Assembly (NCBI GenBank): GCA_012295275.1
Contig: CM022665.1
Coordinates: forward strand, 5,084,001-5,148,000
Source: Chrysomallon squamiferum
Lineage: Eukaryota > Animalia > Mollusca
Reading direction: 5' to 3'
Length of the DNA: 64,000 nucleotides
How positions within the stretch are numbered: position 1 is the stretch's first letter; the number at the start of each line of letters is the position of its first letter. Shown here piece by piece: positions 38,457 through 52,277 of this stretch. The notes under the pieces are model-generated. The model ran no database searches and was not told the origin of the DNA. It worked only from the letters and a program-made list of their open reading frames with translations. The position numbers were made by a program, and so were the translations under genes.

Positions 38457-41400
38457 ATTTACTCATGCACATGTGCACACACACGTACAAAAGCACACAA
38501 ATATATCCTAAGATACACTTTAAATAGTTTTGCTGAATGTGCAATTTATTCAGCCTTCATAGAGAATATTTCTGACAAAACACTATATGTTGCACTCGGT
38601 CAGTTGGTGGTGGTGGTTGTAATTTTAAACATTTTAACTGGATTATTAGAAATGGAAGAACAAAATGGTTTATTTAAGATAATATAGAATATATAATATA
38701 CATTTAAATATATATTTTTACAAGATAATGTTTTATTACTAGTTTTCTCATCATATTTGCTCATAAATGATTTTCTTACTACATAAAATGTTTTAATTAT
38801 GATTATATGCCATTATATATGTATATGTACTTTATACATTATACTTAATGTATTTTTTAATTAGATACAAAAATTTATTTCTGTATACAGTATGCTTATT
38901 ATTAAATTTATTTCTCTACTATATGTAATGAAGCATAGAAACTTTCACTTTATATTTTGCTCAAAGATGATGAACTTTCTGACTACATTTAATGTTTTAT
39001 GATTATTAAAATTTATATTTTAAAATTAGACTTACATTTAATTAACCAGATAAATATTTCCTTTTTTATTTACTCACAGATGATGAACTACCTGACTACA
39101 TAATGGTAATGGTTGCCAACAAGAAAAGTCACACTCAGATGTCAGAAGATCTGGCACTTTTTCTTGGACAAAATACAAAGAAATTCACCAGCTGGTCAGT
39201 AAAGTAACAATAATGTTTTAACAATGGTCAGTCTGACATTATTTTATTATTTGATTTTCTGTGCAAAATCAAAACAGTCTGATTCTTTTCTGATATTTAT
39301 TTTTTGTTGCTTAAATTTATTTATGCCTTGGTATCTGTTTCATAATATAATAAATAAATAGAAGAAGAGAAAGAAAAAGTATTTTAATAATGTGAATGTG
39401 AGTGGTGAAGATTTCTTAAGTGACAGTTAATAACATTTTAATCGTACCTAGATGATTAATTATTGTGATACAACAATAGATATGTTAAAGAAAGGATAAT
39501 ATATGTTTAATTTCCCATAATAATATTTTTGATTGATGTAAAAAAAAAAAATAATAAAAATATTAATAAAATTTATATTCAAAAAAATATATTTGTTTCT
39601 TTATATTTTATATATTTTTGAATCATTGAAATACATTCTGTCCAGTGAAAATTAATTGGTAATATATATTTTTCAGGTTGAACAGTTTATTAATAAAATT
39701 ACAATCTATATCTACTGGTAAGTATTTTCTGCAATCCAATTAAACTTACTGGTAACTATTCATTTTGTTTTGTTGATTGATTCATCTTGTCATTGCTTAG
39801 TCACTTTTTAGTGGTACAAATAATGAGATATATATGTATTAATCTTTTGTAAACTTGCTCATTATTATTCTTTTGTTGTTTCAATGTTTAGATTCTCCTT
39901 AAAATAAATTAATATTTTCATTACTTTCATCAGGTTTCAGTTGGAAGTTTTCGAACCGTAATGGTTTATTATATAATGGATGTAAAGGTTGTCTCTCTTG
40001 TTTTGTTTAGCTCATTAATAATAGTATTATAATATTGGGAGTCATTTCATTCAGACAAATCACTTTCTTTTTCATTTTTCAGAAAAAGAAGCACCTGATA
40101 GCAAGAAAAGGAAGAAGTCAGCAACAAAAAAGAAAGTTAAAAGAAGAAAAAGTTCTGAGAATGTTGCACCTACAACTTCTACACCAGTGTCTGAAAAGCA
40201 AGACAGAGATGATGGAGAGCCAAAAATGTCAGAAACTTTAGTGCTTGATGATGAACCAGAGCTGACAGTCCAGGCTGATACAGGTAGTGACACATAACGG
40301 AATAGTTTTAATCCTGCATATAGTACCACGTAAATACCTCATATGTGTCTGGTCTTTGCCATCACCACTATTACCATTTTCTGCTGCTAAGTGTGCTACA
40401 TATTTATTAAAATTAAATTTAAGACAAATGCTGAAGAGTTCTTGACAGATAAAAATGTCTTTTTGCAAATGACTTCTGAAAAGATGACCTCAGATAAAAA
40501 AAATTAAAACAAATTACATTTCAGATGAATTCACTGAGGAAATGAAACAGTTTGAAGAGACATTCAAACCATCACAAGATTTTACAATGCCAGAGACTAA
40601 AGCTGTCAATAAGGCGCCCAGTGTAAAATATAAAGAAAGTCTTGATACAGTGGTCAAAGAAGAGCCAGAAGAACCAGTCCCAAAAAGTGCATCTGCTACC
40701 AAAGTGGTCTACAAGCAGCCATCAGGTGAAGTGGAGGTCAGTGCTGTCCTGTTAAATGAAAACAAAAAAACAGTTGATTCTCACTTAAAACCAGACAGAC
40801 AAGATGTGGCTGTACCTGTGAAAAGGAACATTGTCACCTCAGCTTCTAGCCAGAAACAAACTTTTATTATCAAGGTATGTTAAGAATACAATTAACACTT
40901 CATTTTCTGTTTGAGTAGGTTGTTTTTCCATAAAATATAATGAGTATTCAGTCCCTCAGTTGTATCATTTCAGTCTTTTTATTTTTCTATTATGTTAATA
41001 TCAAATGTTAAGTTTTTGGAGTAATATATTTTAATATATCTTTTGAAAATTGTATTTTGGGATAGCAATACAAATTAACAAGATATTTTCATAACTACGC
41101 TTTGAAACAGTTGTAAGAGTTTTATTTTTTTTTTTTAGCGTCATGATAAAGAAGGTGATGTCAACATGGTGTATGTTCAGCCAACTCCTGTTAGCTTGGG
41201 TAGCAGGGTAAGAGTGTTTTAATATTTGTTACTGTCTTTAACATGTTTAAGTTAAAACAGAGACAAGGAAAGAAAGGAAAAAATGTTTCATAACAATCAG
41301 AAGTTTATATTTTAACAAATGATTTTTTTTAAAATTTAGAATGGAGTGGATCTGTTCTTCTATATCTTAAACCAAAATATGTCATCCTGGAAATGAAAAT

Positions 41401-44400
41401 ATTATTTTTTGTTGGACTAACTAGTTTTATTCATTAGACATAACTTTTATTCTTCCTCATTCCTCTCTCTCTTTTTTTTTAATATTTCAGAACAGAAAGA
41501 TTTATATCAGTGTATTTATTTAAGAAACATATCAAAATATATATTTGTATTAAAGATATTATATCAGTATATTTATTTTAAAGATAAAATATCAGTGTAT
41601 TTATTTATTTTAAAGACATTAACTCAGAATGTCACCACAGCCCCAGGTCGAACAGCCATAAAGCGAAAAGCTCTTCCCTCTTTGGTCGGAACAGTTATTC
41701 AGAAGCCAGAGGAGGTTGAAGAAGAATATGATCCATACAACCCTACTGTTGGAAATGTTGCCAGTGTTGTCAGAGTGACAGCTAGAAAGTACATTTATTT
41801 AAATATATTATTTGAGTGTAATTGTGTCTTATTTTATTTTATTTTATTTTATTTTAATTTTATTTTAATTTTTTTTTTTTTTTTTTTTTTTTAATGGATG
41901 GGAGTGTTATTAAAAATGTTTAAACATTTTAAAACAGATAAACAATTAAATGTGATAGTCATTTAAAGAGAAGATCACTTTAAAGTGTTACTCTGATGGT
42001 ATATTACCAGTGGCCTGAATTTATTTTACATTCTTGCAGTTTATTATTTCAAATTTTTCTTATATTATTTATTTATTTCATTTTTTTTTTTTTTTTTTTT
42101 TGTTTCTGGTACCTGTTGTTAACAAGTTTATGACAGTAGGTCTTGCAAAATTAAACACAGATAATATGTGTGCAAGTACTGTAAGCTATAGGCTATACTT
42201 ATTTACTTACACTCACAAATGATAGGTCTTAATTTTATATCTCAACAATGCAGCAGTACACATTAGCTATGGAACTAGATTATTATAACTGTTAAGCTGT
42301 ATTTATTTACTTACACACACTAATGGTTAGCAATATATACTGACACAGTGGACTCCGATTACTGATGCTAGAAGAATTATGTTCATCCTGTATCAATTGT
42401 TAATGGACCACTTTCAAGTATTCTCATGAGTCTATAAGTACCATCAAAGATTTGTTTTAAAGACTTGTATACTGTTTTCAGATCCAGTGTGCCTCCTTCC
42501 ATGCAGGCTAACAAATCTCTGCTGTTAAAGGCAATGACGGATGCTGAGAAATCAGTTCTCACTGCCAGATCCTCATCTGTTACAGAGACTGCTGCTAGGA
42601 CAACGTCAAGTATGTGTTATGTGATTTCAGTATGGTGTTTATATATGTGTATGTATAAAACAAAATAACTAAATTTGTTAATGTTAAACTTAATGATAGA
42701 AGAGTTTGTACAACTACAAATATTTGTTTTAAATTTTAACAAGGTATATATTAAATAAACTAAATTTGTTAAATGAACCTGTTAGTTTTAGAGATACATG
42801 AGTTTGGACAACTGTAAGTATGTGTTTTAGATTTTAGCTTAATATGTGTTGAATAAAATAGATTTGTCATTGTTAAAATAAATCTGTTGGTGTTACAGAT
42901 GCTAGTGTTTTGACTGTTACTTATACAAGTTTTATATTTAAACATGGTAAATGTTGAATAAAATAAGATTCATTTGTTGGTTGTTAAATGAACTTCTTAT
43001 TGTTACAGGTCCTGACGTTAGGACTACTACAAGTATGTGTTTTAAATTACAGTATAGTAAATGATAAATAATAGTTAATTATAAACTTATCAGTGAATTA
43101 TTTGTAAAATGTAAATATTTTTTATTCTGCATTTTTTAAATGTAATAAAAATAAGGATTATATTCACGTGTTAGGTTGTTAGTTTTACATTTTTGTTTTA
43201 AGTCCCATTTTATATTTCAGAAGTCTGTGGTCATGTCTGTTCATTCAAAAGAAATGTTCATGAACTTGTGATATTTTAAAAAATATTGTTCTTAATGTAA
43301 ATATCTTTATCTGATCTATTTGAAAATCTGTGTTTCAGGTCAGGCCTATGTTATGCCAATGCGTCGGGAAGCTGTGACAGAGGTGTACAAGCCTACACAG
43401 TTGGAGCTCACATCTCGATCTCGTAAAGAAGAGATTATGAGGACCATGAAATACACTATCAGAAACCAAACTGAGGTTGGGAGTAATAAAGAGCCTGGCA
43501 AATTACCTGAGCTTAAAATAGGTGTGTTTTATAAACAAATTTCCATTTAATTTTGATCTCACATGATGTTAATATAAGAACTTAAATGTGTCAATGTATT
43601 TTTTTTAAACTGAGAATTGTTTCTTGTCATTAACCAGCACTGTAATTTGATTAAATTTTCTTCTGTTTTATGAAATTCATTTCTCATTAATGTACAGTAT
43701 GTAAAATTATTATTAAAAAAGAAGTAAATCTGAATTACTTTTGTGTCAGTCTTTAAAAATTATTAACCTTCTTCCCACTTCCAAAAAAAAAAGAAGCACA
43801 AAAACCTCCAACAAATAAGCAGAAAACTGCTATTTTTATTTGAAAACAAATAATAACAAATCCACGAATACTTTGTGTTATAAATAATACTTACCCCGTA
43901 TTAACTTTGATTGAATTGTAATTCCAAACACTGTGTCTTTTGCATCAGAGTAAATGATTTTAACATACTAACTAGCACCTGCATTATTAATTGCTCCAGA
44001 CTACCGAGTTGTTGAGTGTGAACTTGGAGAGGATGTGGACTCCAGCCCAGAGCTGTTGGGAATTGATGAAAGAAATGTTGAGACACTTGTTGACATGAGT
44101 ATTCCAGAGAGCACTGGAAATACTGTCACTAATAATGACTACAGTGAGAAGATTTCTGAAATAAACCAACGAGTTGTGGAAGATGGGCCAAGAATTATAG
44201 AAGAGAAGTTAGTGAAATACATATTGTTGCCGTTTTATTAAATAAATTAAAATGAGGAAACATTTCATTGTACCAGTCAACTAACGCTTATTCAGATATT
44301 TGGGGATAGATCAAGCACACAGTCTGCTTGCTTTATTTGTAACGTAACCAGTTAAGTTAAATGAATCAAAACTTTTCTGAATTTTAGACAACTGACTATC

Positions 44401-45315
44401 TGTATTACATGAAAATAAGTTTGTTAACATTAAATTAAATTTCTTAATTTGTTGGTATTTTTATAATTCAAAGAATTGTCAAATGAGTTAAGATTTAAAT
44501 AGTTTCTAAAATCACTAAAAATAAAAAAAATAATTCTACATTGGTGAATTTTACAACTATAACTGTACAAAATGTTGAAACCACCATTGTTGTAGTTTTA
44601 GCGTTCAGCAAAATAGCTTTTATGTTCATACAAGATAATGTTACCAGATTATTGTAATACTTTAGCCATCCTAATTTTCTTCATCTGCTGTTGACATACA
44701 AAATATATAGGATTTTTATTCTAGCTATTTCTATATGTACTTTGTCTTGAACTAACTCATGCAGTAATTCTAAAAAGTATACAGTATATTAATCTTGGTC
44801 CATATTCAGTTTAATTCTTGCTCTTAAACTGCATTTTAATCAAATGTTTGATTAAATATGTTGTTACAAACTATATTCAAATAATTTTACTACATCAGAC
44901 CAAAATTAGAAGTGGAGCCAGCATCTGTTACAAGTAACACACGGTTCATTGTCACACTGGATGGAGTTGACCCTGACCAGTATGATGAAAATGGACAAGA
45001 GGATCTGTTGTCAGATATTCGTAGAACTGAACACATCCAGGAAGTGTTGCCACAGGCAGGACAAAAAGTATCTCCACCAAAGGTTAAACCTTTCTCCATT
45101 AGCCTACAAGATTCAGACGGTGAGTTCTTATAATTACTTTATTTTTTAAATGGATACTCTGTACTTTTTTATCGTTTTGTTTACACTTGAATTATGTGAG
45201 AAATACAATTACATTTGTTTCATGATATTATGTAGACTGTTCAGAGGTTTTTCTGGAATAATTTTTATTTTTATTTTATTTTTTTATTTTTTAATCTTTT
45301 TGGTGTATAGTTATT

Positions 45316-45351
<36 letters not shown>

Positions 45352-46505
45352 TATAATTATTTTTATTGTGCAGAAGAAGATGATGAAGAGATGCCCACTA
45401 AAAGAAGTAAAATGGCAGAACGATGTAAATTCTGGCCAGCCTGTGTTAATGGCAATGCCTGTCAGTATCACCACCCCAGTATTCCGTGCAAGTAGGTGTT
45501 AATTATTAATTACTTATTTACATAACTGCCACAGCTTCAGTAGACATGGATAAAATATAACTGGATGCTGTGTGTAATTTACAAAAATACAATTAAAAAA
45601 AAAATTCTCTGTTTCAGTGAAAGGCTCCCCAGAACTGATCACTAGTTTCCTTTTAATTTATGTATATTAATAGACATAAGTCTTAATTTTGGAAAATATT
45701 TATTAAAAACTATGTCTGTTTGTAACGTATGATAATTATTTTCTGTGTAACTAGACGAGAATGAAACAACAATTTTGATCAAATCTTATACATTTGTAGT
45801 TCTGTTTATTCCGTAATTTTATGTTACATAACATAAGTAAAGACATTATTGTTATTTTTATTTTTTTATTTTTTTTATTATTATTGAATATTTTAAATTA
45901 AGAATGGATTATTAAATTTTTAGGACATTCCCTAACTGTAAGTTTGGTGACAAATGTCTGTACATTCATCCTAACTGTATGTTTGATGCTCGCTGTACAA
46001 AACGCGACTGTCCATACACACACGCTAGTCGACGTACCATACACTCTTCTCCACCACAGGGTAAGATGTTTTTTGTTATAAACCATATTTCAAAATAATA
46101 GCACAATTTAGCCTTGTTGATAAATCCACTGAAATTATGCTGTTATTTTGATAAATTGTACATAGGAATAAAAAAAAAATGAGTTTATAATTTTATCCTG
46201 AATGAGTAGGGTGGTCATAATATTTCTCTAATTGTGAACAAAAAAAAAATCCTCACAAAACCATCTTGATAATTTGTGGTAAATTGTGATTTAAATGTAT
46301 TTCTGCTGTTAAGATTTTTTTAAAGTTATTTCCTTGTTGAATTTATGTTCCTGTTTTGTTAATAAACAAGTAGTGATAATTATTTCAGTATCTTAAATGC
46401 ATAACAAATTATATTCAGTAAGTTGATTATTTATACAATCTATGTTAGTTACATTCACAGATAAATGTTTACTTTTGAGTGATAATCTGGTGTGTGTGTG
46501 CGTAT

Positions 46506-46573
<68 letters not shown>

Positions 46574-48077
46574 ATCCTCAGTTACTACATGTAGTGGCAA
46601 GATATGATGAGTAGAACTATTTTCACTTCAGTAAATTACTTGTTTACATAAATATATTATTCAGAGTTATTTCTTTAATGTTTAATTGTTGGTTTAGATC
46701 TTACAACACTATCTTAAAAACACTTTTCTGCTACTCTTGACAGTGGTGAGTTGAGATATAAAACAGTTAATTTCATTTGATTTCTGTATTATTAAGGACT
46801 GTGGGATGAAAGAAATAACCGGTTAATGTCTTAAGATATCACCTTTATCCTGGCCAGGTCAAATGTCAAATGCAGTTTGACAGTCTCACTGCTATTTGGG
46901 TTTCTAGCATTTTTATACATATATAGTGTTTTGTGATTTACTGCCAGCAGAGGTGTTTGTGTGCATGTCTCTCTATATATATGTGTTTGCTTTGTTCAAC
47001 AGCCATGCAACAGCCAATGGTTATTATAGCTGCACCCCCAACACTGGCACCCCTGGGAACGAAACCAGTACAGTGCAAGTTCTTCCCCAACTGCCATAAC
47101 CCTCAGTGTACTTTTGTTCACCCCAAGGTATCTATCTATGTTTAGGCTTTTATTGAATTTTCACTTGTTTTATTTAGTAAGACGGAAATTATATCTTTGC
47201 ATAAAAAATTATTATGCTAGAATAATAAATGAAAATGTTAATGAAATGGGTTATTTTGATTCTGAATTATTTATTTTGAAATACATTTATCAGTATTTTT
47301 TGTTCAAATGATTTTTATTATTTTTAACTGTTGTTACTGTTGTTTATTTGTTTAATTATTTATTTATAATTTTTATTGTATATTTATACTGACAGGTGTG
47401 ATACTATAGCACATTGTTTCATAAAATGTAATTTTGTGTTGAATCTTATGTTGTCATTTCAGTTATAATTTAAAAAACTGGGTAAAATATATATTGTTTC
47501 TCCGTTTCAGCCATGTAGATTTGGTTTCAACTGTATAAGAAAGTCAACATGTCCTTATCATCATCCCCCATTCCAAGACAAAGAAAGGCTGACATGGAGT
47601 GCAAACAAGTCAATGGTAACAAATTAACAATTTACTTAATGTATACATCCACATTGCAACAACATAATAAATAAATAAATAAAAACAACCATGCATCACA
47701 GTGCAGTGAAAATATGTCAGTTGTAACAGACTGATGATTAACTTAAAGAATACATCTATGTTGCAACCAGTATCAAGTGTGGCATAATGAACATTCAGAA
47801 AATAATGACTTTAAAATGTTTTCATTAATGTGTGTGTGTTATGTATATATATATATATATATATATATAGACAGATAGATAGATTTAAAATTTAATTTAT
47901 TATTTTTTGTTTGATTCTGACTTAGAAACATTTGAACTTCTTCAATATTTTTATTTCTGCATTAAATACTGGGAAGAAAACAACACGTTTGCAATAATAT
48001 ATAATTTATTTACAAATCCTTCAGTACTGAATATCAGTTTTCAACTTATATTTTTATTCTCTCAGACAAAGGCATGA
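37066..48077 (+). CDS. ZC3H14: Zinc finger CCCH domain-containing protein 14 (Nab2 homologue, nuclear poly(A)-binding protein), ~758 aa
   Basis: Exons: 37066-37101, 38016-38058, 39080-39194, 39677-39717, 40083-40283, 40525-40874, 41139-41207, 41628-41788, 42482-42609, (43009-43032), 43339-43521, 44000-44207, 44899-45119, 45374-45491, 45924-46060, 47003-47127, 47511-47615, 48066-48077; 2277 nt in frame. The N-terminus MEMGSEISSKIRSAIKAKLVELGAYVDDELPDYIMVMVANKKS matches the ZC3H14 PWI-like domain. QANKSLLLKAM and RFIVTLDGV are conserved, and there are five CCCH fingers (ERCKFWPAC..HHP, CKTFPNC..IHP, CMFDARC..TH, CKFFPNC..VHP, CRFGFNC..HHP). Confidence 0.95.
37498..37581. repeat. (TAT)n followed by (GTGTAT)n microsatellite
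   Basis: Directly visible in ZC3H14 intron 1. Confidence 0.9.
41495..41620. repeat. ~30-bp AT-rich minisatellite immediately upstream of a ZC3H14 acceptor
   Basis: AAAGAT..ATATCAGTRTATTTATTT repeated 3-4 times. Confidence 0.7.
42578..43075 (+). repeat. Five-unit ~105-bp tandem array, each unit carrying a 24-nt microexon-like cassette
   Basis: Cassette ends at 42609, 42719, 42817, 42922 and 43032; consensus TGTTACAG-[24 nt]-GTATGTGTTTTA. Confidence 0.8.
43009..43032 (+). CDS. ZC3H14: Candidate 24-nt frame-preserving microexon of ZC3H14 (SPDVRTTT)
   Basis: TGTTACAG|GTCCTGACGTTAGGACTACTACAA|GTATGT; phase 1-1, open frame. Confidence 0.55.
46489..46571. repeat. (GT)n microsatellite
   Basis: Directly visible. 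Confidence 0.95.
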
Positions 48078-48229
48078 TCTGCACAGAGCCCATTTGGAGT
48101 TCACATGATCTAAAGACTAGAAAGACACTGTAACACTTGATTCTTGCTGTTGCCTATGGATGTTCGGAGAAGTATAATCAAAAGACATTATTATAACACA
48201 GTTATGATCATTATTCCATTTTCATTGCA

Positions 48230-48630
48230 TTTACAGTTAATTTCTTCTGTTATTCAAGCCTACTTGGAGATAAAGTCGAAAAACCACGTTCATATAGTTA
48301 CAGTTGATTTTTGTTTTGATTTATTAAAGCCTGTTCAGAGTTAAATTTTCTTGTATTTATGAAAGCCTAGTTGGAGATACACAGTTGATAAACCACTTTC
48401 ATACAGTTATTTTTGAATTCCTTTGTTATTAAAGCCTACTTGGAGATAAAGAGTTGAAAACCACTTTCATACAGTTAGTTAATTTTTTTGCGGGTTTTTT
48501 TGTTCAGAGTTAAATTTTCTTGTATTATTAAAGCCTAGTTGGAGATAAACAGTTGAAAAACCACTTTCATACAGTTATAGTTGAATTTTAGTGTTATTAA
48601 AGCCTGTTTGGAGTTACAGTTGATTTCCAG
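48230..48630 (+). repeat. Higher-order tandem repeat in the presumed ZC3H14 3'UTR
   Basis: AAGCCTASTTGGAGATA..GTTGA.AAACCACTTTCATACAGTTA units at ~48256, 48363, 48432 and 48531, partial at 48600; long and short units alternate. Confidence 0.88.
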
Positions 48631-50137
48631 TGTTGTTAAAATGTATTTTTGGATGCATAAAAGAAAGTCAATGTTAACTAAGTTAATAGTTTGTTTCTGA
48701 TATTCAGAAAGTCTGTTGGAACACACAATGGAAAGAAAGTATTCATGAAGTTAAGTTTAAAACTGTTTGGAGATTGTTAATTGAAGTTGTCATCAATACA
48801 GTAACGATTGCTTACTGAGGCTGGAATGTCAGGGATATAAGGGGAAATCTTGTTTCATTAGATGCTTTAATAGTGCATCTAAATCCTCCTATTTCCCACA
48901 CATGACAAATAAAACTTCCATTTCATCGGAATGTGTCTGTAACCTGAATTGTTAGATATGTTTTTGATATGTTTTCCAAAAACACCAGAATGCCACTTAA
49001 CTGAATTATTTCTTTCTTTCTAAACAAGTGTTTCTAGATGATAATGTATTGCCCAGTGACAAATTTTGAATGGCTCATTTTATGTTTAAGTATTAAGTAT
49101 TGGTCTATCGTTTGTGAGGGGGTTTTCTTTTTCATTTATTATTGTTGGTTAATTCTTGAAATATTATGGGAAGTTGGACTTCATATTTATTCAAACAAAT
49201 TCGACAAAAATAGTAACCAAAACATTTATCAAAATTATATATTTTATTTTATTTTTTTCTCTCTTGTATTCAAAATTGTTCAAATGAAATTTTGTTATAT
49301 ATAATACAAACAAAAATAATTTGAAATATATTTTAATACTTTGAAGTTATTTTATTGCAGAATAATTTTTGGAAATGTAAAGGGTATTTACCCATTATAT
49401 TTTTATTAATGGGCTTTCTATTTTTCAGTATATTTTTATTTATTTATTTATTTATTTATTTTTTATTTTATTAGCCTTGTAGAAGGTATGACTTATTAAA
49501 ATGAAAATGTAGGTGGGGTTTTCTGGGGGGGGGTTGTTAGGGTTTTTGTTGTTTGTTTTTTTGTTTTTTAAATCTTGTTTTGTGATGATAATGTGTACCG
49601 TCTTCATTTTACATTTTACTACAGATTTTTAAAATTTTCTTAAAACAAAATTCTTCATTTTTCCTGTTCATTTCCTATAAAAGGACCAAAGATATTTCCA
49701 TTTTTTCCTGGAAATAAGTGACAGCACAGACATTTTATTAATAAATCGTATATATTATATACTTGCTAAAAATGCAGACATTTGACCATCTTTACATTTG
49801 TTTTAATGTTATAAACAATGATACTCAGTTTATATTTCAGGATTGTACATTGTTGTCATACTTTGGACACAAACTGAATGACATTTAATTGCTAAGAAGT
49901 GTGTTCAAACATTTTTGTTTAAACCATTTCAGTTGCACAGTTCATTTTTTATTTCTTTGTTAAAAACACACATGATAACACCTTCACTTTAATGCAAATA
50001 AAAAGAAACTATTTTAGTTCTGTAACATTTATTAAAACATTTTCCAAAAATAAGTCATTAAAACATTTATCTTATTAAACAAATTCACCGGCTAGAACAC
50101 AGGTTTGATTTTATCACAGTTTTGAATTACAGTTGTT

Positions 50138-50788
50138 TTAAGTTGAGTTAGAAAGACTGTTTTTCTTTGTATAAAAATATGGATGCTCCTGAAAATATAA
50201 TTGAAATGTTAAATATTTTCATGATTCATTCATACGTACCATCTATTTTAAAGCAATACGAGTCCTTAAATTATTAATCAGAATTCTTAGAGTCACACAT
50301 TCTGTAATTTATTTAATAAGTTTTACAAAATGAATTTAAATGTTTCACTTAATATTTACGTATAATATACTAAATATTAATTGAAAAGTTTTAATTCGTT
50401 TTATTTATTACATATTTTAAAAAGGAAAATTCTTTACCTCTGTTGGACATTCAATGCCTTCTTTTGGTGTCCAGTCAGTTCTTTTAGCCCGAACCTTTTC
50501 AATCTTAAATATAAAGAGTTACACATGTGAAAATAATTTCAGTTTATGCACAATATGCAAACGTTTGGGAAGAAAAATAAAAGTTATTTTGAAAATTATA
50601 TTGCTTTGTTTTGTTTTTTTCAATTATATTTGACTTGTAAAAAAAGAAAGTATAAATAATATTTTAGGACAACATTTAATATTTTAACTGCATTTACAGT
50701 TCTATATTGAAAATAACAGCATGGTGCAAGCATTTTTACATACTTCCATGTTTATAAATGTATGATTATCCAAATGGTTCCTCCCTCC

Positions 50789-50887
<99 letters not shown>

Positions 50888-51460
50888 CCTCCCTCCCTCC
50901 CTCCCGCTATAATGAATGTAATTTCATCTTGATAGTAATATCCACAAATCGGTGATACCTTTCTTCTAAGTTTTAAATTATGGAACTGATACACACGCGC
51001 ACACACACACACACTAGCATCTTACCATGTTATTCCACAGAGCAGCAGCAGCAGCAGCATGTCCTTTCCTACTCAGATGAAAACAGTCTGGTGCAAAATA
51101 CGACAAATCAGGTTTGTCTGTTCCCTCCTGCAAAAAAAAAAAAAAAAAATACAAAAAAAAAAAAATATATATGATTTTTACCTAAAATTCATTCAGAAAA
51201 AAATTATAATAATGAGATCTGCTAACATTAGTAGCTATAAAAAATTGCTGATATAGTTGTTGACTGTATGCTGGAAATTACTGAATAACAAAAAAAAAAA
51301 AAAAAACAAACAAACAAATAATAATAATAATAAATACAAATAAAAATCAAAAATCAAATCAAATTATGCTCATTTGCTAGCTGTCGCGTTCTTTTGATGA
51401 GGTACGTACCTGGACATTGCTAAAGAACACGCACACGTAATCATACACATACAAAAACAA

Positions 51461-51499
<39 letters not shown>

Positions 51500-52246
51500 A
51501 AAAAAAAAAACAACGAACCGAAATAAAGGTTAAACAATTAATATAGATTAGGTATAAACCAATGAAAAAATAATTCGTAGAAAAACGTATGCATCTACTT
51601 GTTTCAGGTGTATACCTGGATGATGTATGACAGCGATGATTATTAGTTTATCAGATTTAAAAAGAGAAATTGTAAATATAACAAGTCCACTGGTATCTTT
51701 TGCTTCAGTATATTTTCTGTTTGAAATAATGTCAGTAAAATATTAAATATTAAAAGAAATTTATTTTTGTTAAAGTTTTTAAAACTAATTTTTTTGCTTC
51801 TTTTTATCCATTTTTGTAAACAAATATTAAATGAAGTAAAATCGATTTTTATAATCATTTTGTTGTTTGTTTTAACTATTTTCTGTAAACATTTAAATAT
51901 AAATTGAATATAAAAATGAATTTAATTTTTTTTTTTTTTTTTTTTAAACCAACGTGTTGCTGTTTGTTTTTACTATTTTCTGCAAAGAAATATTAAATGA
52001 AATAAGAACGATTTTTAAAACCATTTTGTTGTTTGCTCTTACTGTTAAATTTGTGTTCCTTATTTTCACTATTTTCTACAAACAATACATTTTATTAAAC
52101 AAAACAATTTCTAAAACCACACTGAATAATTTGTTTTACTAACAATACTAACACTAGATGTTCGTACGTTTTGTTATAATTTTTGTTTTCTGTTACAAGT
52201 CGTATTCTGTTGAAAGAAACTCATAATTTTATTAATTATTCCTTAC

Positions 52247-52277
<31 letters not shown>

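Noticed and set aside
38960-39010. Box C/D snoRNA suggested by ATGATGA...CTGA
   Set aside because: The boxes are too close together, and the sequence is better explained as a duplicate of the exon 3 start.
48230-48630. Repeat-spacer appearance suggesting a CRISPR array
   Set aside because: Eukaryotic 3'UTR context, degenerate repeats, spacers that are themselves repeated, and no cas genes.
50752-51256. RE/SL-repeat and poly-Q ORFs
   Set aside because: They derive from (CT)n and from the antisense of a PLB1 exon.
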